Shown here in pieces: positions 33,750-42,391 of a stretch of 60,101 nucleotides of DNA; position 1 is the stretch's first letter, and each line of letters begins with the position of its first letter. The stretch comes from Candidatus Nanopelagicales bacterium (GTDB lineage Bacteria > Actinomycetota > Actinomycetes > S36-B12), in assembly GCA_041689915.1 (NCBI GenBank), contig JBDNFH010000127.1, positions 1 through 60,101 on the forward strand. The letters are read 5' to 3'. Both the position numbers and the translations under genes were made by a program. Under the pieces are notes generated by a model. The model saw only the letters and a list, made by a program, of their open reading frames with translations, did not search any database and was not told the DNA's origin.

Positions 33750-34574
33750 TTACAGGCGCTCCTCAGCAACTTTGCATGACATGCACAGTGTTGCTCGTGG
33801 GAACGCCTGCAAACGCAACTTGCCGATTCCCTTGCCGCAGCCATCGCAGACGCCGTAACTTCGGTCATCAATGCGACCAAGCGCTTGGCGGATCTGCTCC
33901 AACATGTCCCGAGCATTATTTGCAAGGGACATTTCATGTTCGCGCTCAAAAGTCTTGCTGCCTGCATCTGCTTGGTCGTCGCCTGCGCCGTCGCCTGAAT
34001 CGCCAATAAGGTCCGCGAGCCCTTGCTCGGCCATGGTAATTTCATCGAGAAAACGCGCTTCGTCTTCATTGAGAGACTTGCGAACCTTGTTCAACTCGAC
34101 TTTCGTCCATGGGCTCTCGTCTTCACGGACAACAATGGCTGGAGACTTAATCACTGGGCGGGGGGAGATCACCTTAACGATCCCAGCCGCTTTCTTTCCC
34201 TTTGCTGGTGGCGTAGTCACAGGGACCAACTTCTCAAAAATAGTTCTCGCAACCGGCTCTGATTCTACGACTACGGCTTCAACCGCAGGGGCAGATTCCT
34301 TTTTCGTAGCCGCTTTCTTGGCCGACACTTTGGGGGCTGGCGCGACCTTCTTGACTGGCACGACCCTCTTACTTACGGCGGCTTTCTTGACTGGCACGAC
34401 CCTCTTACTTACGGCGGCTTTCTTGACTGGCGCGACCCTCTTACTTACGGCGGCTTTCTTGACTACGATTTTTTTCGCTGGAGCTTTCTTCGTCGGTGCC
34501 TTTTTCACAGGGGCTTTCTTGACCACTGCCTTTTTCGCAGCGGTCTTCTTGGATTGTGCTTTCTTTGCGACCAA
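33750..34574 (-). CDS. DksA/TraR C4 zinc-finger protein with a lysine/alanine-rich repeat (histone H1-like) N-terminal tail
   Basis: 274 aa. The C-terminus has a coiled-coil region and CDGCGKGIGKLRLQAFPRATLCMSC (CxxC-N17-CxxC). The first roughly 100 aa are KKA/KKV repeats, including 3x KKAAVSKRV(A/V)PV. The TTG start at 34574 is preceded by the SD AAGGGGG. Confidence 0.85.
   Translation of the reverse strand: MVAKKAQSKKTAAKKAVVKKAPVKKAPTKKAPAKKIVVKKAAVSKRVAPVKKAAVSKRVVPVKKAAVSKRVVPVKKVAPAPKVSAKKAATKKESAPAVEAVVVESEPVARTIFEKLVPVTTPPAKGKKAAGIVKVISPRPVIKSPAIVVREDESPWTKVELNKVRKSLNEDEARFLDEITMAEQGLADLIGDSGDGAGDDQADAGSKTFEREHEMSLANNARDMLEQIRQALGRIDDRSYGVCDGCGKGIGKLRLQAFPRATLCMSCKVAEERL
34350..34457. 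repeat. Three tandem copies of a 36-bp in-frame repeat inside the DksA-like gene
   Basis: The unit cttgactggcacgaccctcttacttacggcggcttt occurs at 34350, 34386 and 34422. The third copy has one substitution, and degenerate partial copies flank the block. Each unit encodes 12 aa, KKAAVSKRVVPV. Confidence 0.92.
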
Positions 34575-34764
34575 CTTCGCCGCCCCCTTAGTTCAATAGA
34601 CCGCTGTGCATTGCTTGCATGTGAACATGTGAAAGTGCGCCGGACGACGCACGTGCGTATGGTATTGCCCGCGCGCTAAAGTTACGCACTGCCCCAGTCT
34701 TAGACAAGAACCTAGACGAAAATTTTCCAGAATTCGTCATTTCCAGAGAAGAGCGCACCTAAAT

Positions 34765-37700
34765 ATGTACAAAGTGGTCCCGCCCACGGTGAACCTTCGC
34801 GATCTCGAGCATGAAGTACTGGCCCTGTGGAAAGCAGAGGGAACTTTTGCCGCTTCCATGGCTCAAAGCCAGGGACGCCCAACCTGGACTTTTTATGAGG
34901 GGCCACCCACCGCAAATGGCGCTCCGGGAACCCACCACATTGAGGCCCGAGCATTTAAAGACATTTTCCCGCGCTACCGGACCATGAAGGGGTATCACGT
35001 CGTCCGACAGGCCGGGTGGGACTGCCACGGCCTCCCCGTTGAACTTGCCGTTGAAAAGGAACTTGGGTTTTCCGGCAAGAAAGATATTGAGAGCTACGGA
35101 ATTGCCGAATTCAACGCGAAATGTCGCGAATCGGTCGTGCGTCACGTTGATGCGTTTACCGAACTCACTACCCGCATGGGCTACTGGGTTGACATGGACA
35201 GTGCCTACTGGACCATGGACCCCAACTACATTCAAAGTGTTTGGTGGTCGCTGAAACAGATTTTCAATGCTGGGCTCCTGGTTCAAGACCACCGAGTCTC
35301 ACCGTATTGCCCGCGTTGCGGTACGGGGTTGAGCGACCACGAGTTGGCGCAAGGCTATGAAGATGTACTCGACCCGTCGGTTTATGTCCGGTTCCCAGTA
35401 ACACAGGGCGCACTGGCCGACAAATACCCGAATCTTTCCTTACTTGTGTGGACAACGACTCCGTGGACCTTGGTGTCAAATACAGCCGTTGCGGTTAAGC
35501 CAACGGCAACCTATTGCGTCATTGCAAACGCGAATCAGCACTATGTAGTGGCACAAGCGTTAGTTGAAAGCCTGTTCGGTTCACCATTTGATGAAGAGGG
35601 CGCAGTTCGCTACCAGATCATGGAGGCCTTCCTCGGCACACAAATGGAGCGAATGGCATATGAGCGACCATTTGACCTAATCGACATTCCCGACTCCCAC
35701 TTTGTGATTCTTGCCGACTACGTCACCACCGGTGACGGAACCGGACTAGTTCACCAAGCTCCGGCATTCGGTGCAGACGACTTGATCAGTTGCCGCGCCT
35801 ATGATTTGCCCGTTGTTAACCCGATTGCACCCGATGGAACATTCATGCCCGAAACCCCTCTCGTCGGTGGCGAATTTTTCAAAAAAGCCGACACTGCGCT
35901 CACCGACGACCTGCGCAAACGTGACCTGCTCTTTCGCGAAGAACCATATGAGCACTCCTATCCACATTGCTGGAGGTGCCACACGCCACTTATTTACTAC
36001 GCACAACCATCCTGGTACATCAAGACAACAGCAATTAAAGACCGACTCATGTCTGAAAATGAGAAAACAAATTGGTACCCGGACACGATTAAGTGGGGCC
36101 GCTACGGTGACTGGCTTACCAACAATGTCGATTGGGCGCTCTCACGCAATCGCTACTGGGGCACACCACTCCCCATTTGGCGTTGTGACAACGAACATTT
36201 AACCGTTGTCGAATCCCTTGCCGAACTTGGCGACCTAGCCGGGCAACAAATCTCAGACCTTGACCCGCACCGCCCCTATATCGATGACATCACAATCCCC
36301 TGCCCGCACTGTGATGCAACAGCAACTCGCGTCCCGGAGGTTATTGACTGCTGGTACGACTCAGGCGCGATGCCATTTGCTGCCCAGTCGTACCCACAAC
36401 ACAATAAGGAGGGTTTCACTGCTCAATACCCGGCTGACTTTGTGTGCGAAGCAATCGATCAAACACGCGGCTGGTTCTACACCCTCATGGCAATTGGAAC
36501 CTTGGTCTTTGACGAATCTTCTTATAAAAACGTTGTGTGCCTTGGCCACATTCTGGACGAAGATGGCCGCAAAATGAGTAAACACTTAGGCAATGTTCTC
36601 GAACCAATCCCCCTCATGGATGAGCATGGTGCAGACGCTGTGCGCTGGTTTATGTTGGCAAGTGGTTCACCATGGCAATCACGTCGCGTTGGGCATACCG
36701 CGATAGCTGACATTGTGCGCAAGAATCTACTCACGTACTGGAATACGGTTTCATTTCTTTCGTTATATGCGCGCAGCGCTCCTTGGTCACCGGACGACGG
36801 CGCACCACCTGTTGACCAACGCCCGATCATGGATCGCTGGCTCTTGACACAAGCCCACTCCCTAAGTGCACAGGTTGATAAAGCACTTGAAAACTTTGAT
36901 ACTCAGCTCGGCGGTCGCTTAATCACTGAATTTATCGATGACCTTTCCAATTGGTACGTGCGTAGAACGCGCCGTCGATTCTGGGATGGCGACCCAGCAG
37001 CGCTGGCAACACTGCATGAAGCCGTGCGAATTGTCACGCTGTGCATGGCTCCGTACACCCCATTTATCACCGAGCGGGTTTGGCAGGACCTTTTCCACGA
37101 AACCCAACCAGAACTTCCTCCCTCCGTTCACCTTGCTAATTGGCCCAGCGAGTCAAGCATTGATTCACAGTTGCAAAAACAAATGGAACTTGCCCGCCGG
37201 GTCACCGAACTCGGTCGCTCAGCACGGGCGACCAGCTCGGTTAAGACCCGGCAGCCACTTGGCCGCGCACTCATTAGCGCGCCGGGTTGGAGTGATCTCC
37301 CCACCGACTTGATCGCCGAGGTGGCCCAGGAACTCAATGTGCGGGAACTGTTCACCCTTGATGTCACCGATAGTGAATTAGTAAATATTTCACTCAAACC
37401 AAACTTCCGGTCACTCGGTGCCCGGTTTGGCAAACAAACCCCGCTGGTGGCCGCACATATTTCACTGCAGGATGCAACAGAATTGGTCAACGCTTTGCGA
37501 AGTAGTGGCACGATCAATTACGAAATTGGCGGTGTCGACGGGACCTCAACGATTGATCTTTCTGATTTAGTCATCACGGAAACCCCGATCGACGGTTGGG
37601 CCGTCGCTGCGGACGCCGGGGAGAGTTTCGCACTCGACTTAGAAATCACCCGCGAGTTGGCACTTGCCGGCATGGCGCGCGACATTGTGCGGGCACTCCA

Positions 37701-37923
37701 AGAGGGGCGAAAAAATGCCGGGCTACACATCAGCGATCGAGTAAATATTACGTGGAGTTCCGCGAACTCTGATGTCACTGACACTATGCGCACTCACGGC
37801 GCGGACATAGCAACTGAAGTTCTGGCCTTGAGTCTCACCCAAGTCCCAGATTCTGTTTCTGGCTTCACCGTTCTGGGATCTGAAAGCGAAATTGAGGCGA
37901 ACTTTGGAATTGAAAAGGCCTAG
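34765..37923 (+). CDS. ileS: Isoleucine--tRNA ligase (long, type-2/actinobacterial form)
   Basis: 1052 aa with a HIGH-region variant (PPTANGAPGTHH), the KMSKS motif (KMSKHLGN) and a CP1 editing domain. Confidence 0.96.
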   Translation: MYKVVPPTVNLRDLEHEVLALWKAEGTFAASMAQSQGRPTWTFYEGPPTANGAPGTHHIEARAFKDIFPRYRTMKGYHVVRQAGWDCHGLPVELAVEKELGFSGKKDIESYGIAEFNAKCRESVVRHVDAFTELTTRMGYWVDMDSAYWTMDPNYIQSVWWSLKQIFNAGLLVQDHRVSPYCPRCGTGLSDHELAQGYEDVLDPSVYVRFPVTQGALADKYPNLSLLVWTTTPWTLVSNTAVAVKPTATYCVIANANQHYVVAQALVESLFGSPFDEEGAVRYQIMEAFLGTQMERMAYERPFDLIDIPDSHFVILADYVTTGDGTGLVHQAPAFGADDLISCRAYDLPVVNPIAPDGTFMPETPLVGGEFFKKADTALTDDLRKRDLLFREEPYEHSYPHCWRCHTPLIYYAQPSWYIKTTAIKDRLMSENEKTNWYPDTIKWGRYGDWLTNNVDWALSRNRYWGTPLPIWRCDNEHLTVVESLAELGDLAGQQISDLDPHRPYIDDITIPCPHCDATATRVPEVIDCWYDSGAMPFAAQSYPQHNKEGFTAQYPADFVCEAIDQTRGWFYTLMAIGTLVFDESSYKNVVCLGHILDEDGRKMSKHLGNVLEPIPLMDEHGADAVRWFMLASGSPWQSRRVGHTAIADIVRKNLLTYWNTVSFLSLYARSAPWSPDDGAPPVDQRPIMDRWLLTQAHSLSAQVDKALENFDTQLGGRLITEFIDDLSNWYVRRTRRRFWDGDPAALATLHEAVRIVTLCMAPYTPFITERVWQDLFHETQPELPPSVHLANWPSESSIDSQLQKQMELARRVTELGRSARATSSVKTRQPLGRALISAPGWSDLPTDLIAEVAQELNVRELFTLDVTDSELVNISLKPNFRSLGARFGKQTPLVAAHISLQDATELVNALRSSGTINYEIGGVDGTSTIDLSDLVITETPIDGWAVAADAGESFALDLEITRELALAGMARDIVRALQEGRKNAGLHISDRVNITWSSANSDVTDTMRTHGADIATEVLALSLTQVPDSVSGFTVLGSESEIEANFGIEKA

Positions 37924-38204
37924 AGTCCTCGAAATATACCAATCAGAATCTGAATACCAATCAATAGGATCAGAAATCCTAGATCCAGTGACACTTGACC
38001 CAAACGAAGTGGTGGAATAACCCGCCTAATCAGTTTTAGTGGTGGCTCTGTCAGGGTGTAGATCCCTTCAACGATTATCAGTACGAATCCTGATGGACGC
38101 CAGTCACGAGCAAATACTTGAACGAAATCAAAGACCAAACGACCGATGAGCACAAGCAGGTAGAGGAAGAGGATATTGGCGATCCATGCGCCGACCGTAT
38201 TCAC
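37920..38204 (-). CDS. yggT: YggT-family membrane protein
   Basis: 94 aa with 2 TM. It lies downstream of sepF, the conserved actinobacterial arrangement. Confidence 0.85.
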   Translation of the reverse strand: MNTVGAWIANILFLYLLVLIGRLVFDFVQVFARDWRPSGFVLIIVEGIYTLTEPPLKLIRRVIPPLRLGQVSLDLGFLILLIGIQILIGIFRGL

Positions 38205-38222
38205 TCGCTAAACCTACCCGAG

Positions 38223-38819
38223 TTAACTTTGATTGAAGAAACCGTCTTGGGCAACCTGCGCCCGCGCTTGGTCTCCAACGTCAACATTCACGGGCGAAAG
38301 TAGGAAAACTTTGTTGGTGACTCGTTCGATACTGCCACGACAACCGAAAACTAGTCCCGCTGCAAAGTCAATGATTCGCTTGGCATCGCTGTCGTCAAGG
38401 TCTCCCAGGTTCATGATTACCGGAATCCCCTCACGGTATTCTTCGCCAATCCGGCGCGCGTCGTTATAAGAGCGCGGGTGAATGGACTCAATACGTCCAA
38501 ATTCAAAATTTCGTTGTGGCAACGGGGCCGGTGCAATATTGCGACTGGGGAGTTCCTCATCACGGCGGATCGTCCGAACACCTCGGGACTCACGTGGCCT
38601 GACTCCTTGTGAACTCTCAGAATTTTCATGTCCGTATTGATCAGCGAAACCACGTGAAGAACTTGCGCGGTTGGAGGTCTGAACCCGGGATTCGTATCGC
38701 TCTGGCGAGTTGCGAGAACTTCGGGGATCGTCGTATCCGCCATTGGCGGTTTCATCAGAATAGGAATCGTCTTCAACCAAACCGAGATAGACTGCCATTC
38801 GGCGGATACCACTAGCCAT
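38223..38819 (-). CDS. sepF: Cell division protein SepF
   Basis: 198 aa with the N-terminal amphipathic [18 protein letters not shown], a disordered linker and a C-terminal FtsZ-binding domain ([11 protein letters not shown]...IIDFAAGL). Confidence 0.9.
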   Translation of the reverse strand: MASGIRRMAVYLGLVEDDSYSDETANGGYDDPRSSRNSPERYESRVQTSNRASSSRGFADQYGHENSESSQGVRPRESRGVRTIRRDEELPSRNIAPAPLPQRNFEFGRIESIHPRSYNDARRIGEEYREGIPVIMNLGDLDDSDAKRIIDFAAGLVFGCRGSIERVTNKVFLLSPVNVDVGDQARAQVAQDGFFNQS

Positions 38820-38880
38820 TGACTACCCTCCTATTCCTGTCATCACACACAAAATACATACTCCCACTTTACTGCACAGA

Positions 38881-39579
38881 TTACCTGTGTCCGAGGATCG
38901 CGCTACCAAGTCGCACTTGTGTCGCACCCACCCGTATCGCTTGTTCGAGATCTCCTGACATACCAGCCGAGATCATGATTGCTTCTGGGTTGGATTTTTG
39001 AATGAGGGTAGAGAGGTTGGCTAGCTGCTCAAATGCCGCCCTTGGGTCTGCGCCTAGGTCAGGGTGTGGGGCAATGCCCATCACTCCTCCAAGACTCAAA
39101 TGTGGAGCTTTTCTTAGTTCTTCCAGGAATTCAGGTACTGCCTGTGGGTCTACACCGCCACGATGTGGCGAATCATGCGGGTCCAGATTGATCTGTATCA
39201 AAACCTGCAAAGTCTTGTTGGCCAGTACAGCCGCTCTTTCTAAAGGTGCAACGAGTTTGATTCGATCCAGTGTCTCCACGACGTCCGCCCAACGTGCAAT
39301 TGAGTTGAGCTTGTTACTTTGTATTTGACCGATCATGTGCCAGCGAATTGCATATGGACTCCCGTATTCATCAACTTTTATTTTGGCTTCTTGATCGCGG
39401 TTTTCCCCAAAAGAATTCTGTCCCAATCCGTTCAGGATCTCAATGTCAGATGCCGGGTACGTTTTTGACACAACCAATAAATCCACCTGCCGGCCCTCAC
39501 TTGCCGCGTCAATGCGCGTGCGAGCTGCTTGGAAATTTCGCTTAAGCTCTTGGGACCGAGAAAGGGAATTTTCGATCAT
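38881..39579 (-). CDS. yggS: YggS-family pyridoxal-phosphate homeostasis protein
   Basis: 232 aa with the PLP-lysine context LLVVSKTYPA and a conserved C-terminus (RVGSAILG). Confidence 0.9.
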   Translation of the reverse strand: MIENSLSRSQELKRNFQAARTRIDAASEGRQVDLLVVSKTYPASDIEILNGLGQNSFGENRDQEAKIKVDEYGSPYAIRWHMIGQIQSNKLNSIARWADVVETLDRIKLVAPLERAAVLANKTLQVLIQINLDPHDSPHRGGVDPQAVPEFLEELRKAPHLSLGGVMGIAPHPDLGADPRAAFEQLANLSTLIQKSNPEAIMISAGMSGDLEQAIRVGATQVRLGSAILGHR

Positions 39580-40346
39580 GATTGCCCTTCCGTCTCACGC
39601 ATGGCAATAATTATTCCTTGACGTCCAGTTTTATTTTCCCGGCGATACGAAAAAAGTGTTTCCGAATTCTCAAAAGTACATCCACCGATCACGATCGGCG
39701 TAACTCCTTCAACTTTTAACTGGGCTACTACTCCAGCTCGGACATCAATCCCACCCGGGACTCCCAGTGCCGCGTCTGACACCACTTGAGCGGTAGACGC
39801 TTGCACTAATTCGCGTCGGTCAGGTGTGGACGAATAGCACGAGCCACAAATTGCGGGTCCAATAACTGATTGAATTTCAGCCACACCCTGCGCCCGTAGT
39901 TCGGCGATCGTGGCAGCAACGACCCCCGTAACCAAACCTTTCCAGCCACAATGCACTGCACTGATTACCGGTTTTTCATTCCCTCGCGATCCATAGAAAA
40001 TCAATGGAACACAGTCCGCACTCATGGCAACCAAGCCCAAATCGAATTGATCGGTGACAAGTGAATCAATCCCAGCAACCGATCCTCCTTCGAGTACGCC
40101 AGCAATTGAATTACCGTGCACCGGTTCCATCAGCGCAAGATTGCACCCAGGAATGTTTACGAGTGCGGCTAATTCATTAAGATTTCGTGCCACGACTTGT
40201 GGGCTGTCGCCGACGTGGTAGGCAATATTTGCCTCCGAAAACTCGCCCACACTATGACCTCCTAAACGACCAGTGACCGCCCAGAAAGCTGGACGGTCAC
40301 CAGGTGCCACTGGCGCAAATACGCCACTGGCAAGGGGAAGAATCAT
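39576..40346 (-). CDS. pgeF: YfiH/PgeF-family (laccase-domain) protein
   Basis: 256 aa with conserved His/Cys/His residues (EPVHGN, SADCVPL, VHCGWKG). It lies directly after ftsZ. Confidence 0.88.
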   Translation of the reverse strand: MILPLASGVFAPVAPGDRPAFWAVTGRLGGHSVGEFSEANIAYHVGDSPQVVARNLNELAALVNIPGCNLALMEPVHGNSIAGVLEGGSVAGIDSLVTDQFDLGLVAMSADCVPLIFYGSRGNEKPVISAVHCGWKGLVTGVVAATIAELRAQGVAEIQSVIGPAICGSCYSSTPDRRELVQASTAQVVSDAALGVPGGIDVRAGVVAQLKVEGVTPIVIGGCTFENSETLFSYRRENKTGRQGIIIAMRETEGQS

Positions 40347-41432
40347 TTACTTCAGGAAATCAGGGATATCTAGATCGTCATCGGTGTCACCAAATGAAAC
40401 CGCCTTTGGTTGCTGAATGCTTTGCCCAAATACCGGGGCTTCCGCTATTGCAGCATCTTTTGCTGACACCTTCTTCACCTGTGGTTCCCCGCCATCAAAG
40501 CCAGCGGCAATGACGGTCACTCGGACTTCGTCACCCAGTGTGTCGTCAATCACTGCACCAAAAATGATGTTGGCATCAGGATGTGCCGCGTCAGCAACAA
40601 GTCGGGCCGCTTCATTGATTTCGAATAGACCCAGATCACTGCCGCCTGAAATCGAAAGCAGCACACCGTGCGCCCCATCAATGCCAGCTTCGAGCAGTGG
40701 GCTAGAAATTGCTTTCTCAGCCGCCTGCACCGCGCGGTCTTCACCGCGGGAGGAACCAATCCCCATCAGTGCGCTGCCGGCGGCGTGCATGACGCTCCTG
40801 ACGTCAGCGAAGTCAAGGTTAATTAAGCCCGGGGTCGTGATCAGGTCGGTGATTCCGCTAACTCCTTGCAGCAGTACATGATCTGCTTGACGGAATGCAT
40901 CAATGACCGAGATCTCGCGGTCAGCCAGTGACAACAGACGATCATTGGGAATAATAATCAGAGTGTCGACTTCGGCGCGCAATTCGTCAATTCCTTGATC
41001 GGCCTGTGACATGCGGCGGCGTCCTTCAAATCCAAAGGGCCGGGTAACCACACCAATTGTCAGTGCTCCGAGTGAACGGGCAACTTTCGCAACGACCGGC
41101 GCGCCACCGGTACCGGTTCCTCCACCTTCGCCTGCGGTCACGAACACCATGTCAGCACCCCGCAGGACTTCTTCGATCTCTTCTAGGTGATCTTCGGCTG
41201 CTCTCTTGCCGACCTCAGGGTTGGCGCCTGCGCCTAGCCCTCGAGTGAGCTCACGACCAATATCAAGTTTGACGTCAGCATCACTCATGAGGAGTGCTTG
41301 TGCGTCAGTGTTGATTGCGATGAACTCGACCCCTTTAAGGCCGACCTCAATCATTCGGTTGACAGCGTTAACACCGCCGCCGCCAATGCCAACAACTTTG
41401 ATAACTGCCAAATAGTTCTGTGGAGCCGCCAC
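40347..41432 (-). CDS. ftsZ: Cell division GTPase FtsZ
   Basis: 361 aa with the tubulin signature [10 protein letters not shown] and the C-terminal peptide [10 protein letters not shown]. The GTG start is preceded by the SD AAAAGGAGAG. Confidence 0.97.
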   Translation of the reverse strand: MAAPQNYLAVIKVVGIGGGGVNAVNRMIEVGLKGVEFIAINTDAQALLMSDADVKLDIGRELTRGLGAGANPEVGKRAAEDHLEEIEEVLRGADMVFVTAGEGGGTGTGGAPVVAKVARSLGALTIGVVTRPFGFEGRRRMSQADQGIDELRAEVDTLIIIPNDRLLSLADREISVIDAFRQADHVLLQGVSGITDLITTPGLINLDFADVRSVMHAAGSALMGIGSSRGEDRAVQAAEKAISSPLLEAGIDGAHGVLLSISGGSDLGLFEINEAARLVADAAHPDANIIFGAVIDDTLGDEVRVTVIAAGFDGGEPQVKKVSAKDAAIAEAPVFGQSIQQPKAVSFGDTDDDLDIPDFLK

Positions 41433-41643
41433 GGCCGCTCTCCTTTTCCGTTCGTGTCGATGACAGGGGGTTCATCGAACTCTTGAGCCACAAACCCTCA
41501 ACCTCTACCAGAGGCTAAGCAAATGGTTCGCTTGTGGCCGCGCGGACCATAGACGGTCCGGATACTAAAGCGCAAGCCAGAAAGCCTCATTTTTAAAAAT
41601 ATTTCAAATATCTTTTTTCCAATAGATCAATGACCACCCATTT

Positions 41644-42387
41644 TTAGGCCTTCTTTGGTCCCTTTTCATCAGTTGTAGTCGGCAATTCTGGTGCACTAAC
41701 ATCATAAATCTGAGCCCTGCGCAACAGCAACGCGTCAAGAACGGCTGCTTTGAACTCGGGTTCATCGGCACTACCCCACCGCACGGTGGACCCTGATTTC
41801 AAGTCAAGCTCAATGCTGTCAATTGACTGAGCCCTAATGCGCACAACTTTTTTAGCCAAATTCGCAGGCAGGCTTGCCACAACTTCGGCGGCGGAAACAA
41901 GGGGGGCACCGGTTGCTTGGATAAGCGGCAGGCCCGCTAAATTGCTGGATTCGAATACGATTCCCTGAGCATCGACCCCTTGGCTTGGGCCAACGCCTTT
42001 GATCCGTGCTAACGGAACCCGCATATCCAAGGCCACAACCACTTCATTGGGCCAGCCGCGCCGCACTTCAACCGCTGAGACCCATGGAAGATTTGCGACA
42101 GCTTGGGCCGCCGTATCGGTATCGAGTTTCGCAATTGGTTGATTAAGTGAAATTTTTGCAGCCGTTTGTACTTGTGCAATTTGATCCGCTGAAAGAATCT
42201 CGCCGGCCAAGTCGACCACCTGAACCTCTTTGACTGCGAATACCTGGGAAAACCACACCAACCAAATCGAGGTACCAACGACAAGCGCAAGTACAGGAAT
42301 CATGAACCACCAGACTTTTCGCTGTGGCTTTTTGACCTGATAGGCGGTGAAATCCTCGGACTCTGCATCTCTCCTGGTGCCATTCAT
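41644..42387 (-). CDS. ftsQ: Cell division protein FtsQ/DivIB
   Basis: The ORF track starts at 42450, inside murC. The ATG at 42387 (MNGTRRD...) lies 4 nt after the murC stop. The protein has a single TM plus POTRA and FtsQ domains. Confidence 0.85.
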   Translation of the reverse strand: MNGTRRDAESEDFTAYQVKKPQRKVWWFMIPVLALVVGTSIWLVWFSQVFAVKEVQVVDLAGEILSADQIAQVQTAAKISLNQPIAKLDTDTAAQAVANLPWVSAVEVRRGWPNEVVVALDMRVPLARIKGVGPSQGVDAQGIVFESSNLAGLPLIQATGAPLVSAAEVVASLPANLAKKVVRIRAQSIDSIELDLKSGSTVRWGSADEPEFKAAVLDALLLRRAQIYDVSAPELPTTTDEKGPKKA

Positions 42388-42391
42388 GACA

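Noticed and set aside
33871-34599. A 242-aa plus-strand ORF antisense to the DksA-like gene.
   Set aside because: It is a low-complexity mirror image of the K/A-rich repeats (poly A/F/L/T). It has no start context or recognisable motifs. The minus-strand gene has a clear zinc-finger domain and an SD.
34759-35292. A 177-aa minus-strand ORF overlapping the 5' end of ileS.
   Set aside because: It lies entirely antisense to strongly conserved ileS codons and has no recognisable motifs. It is a typical shadow ORF.
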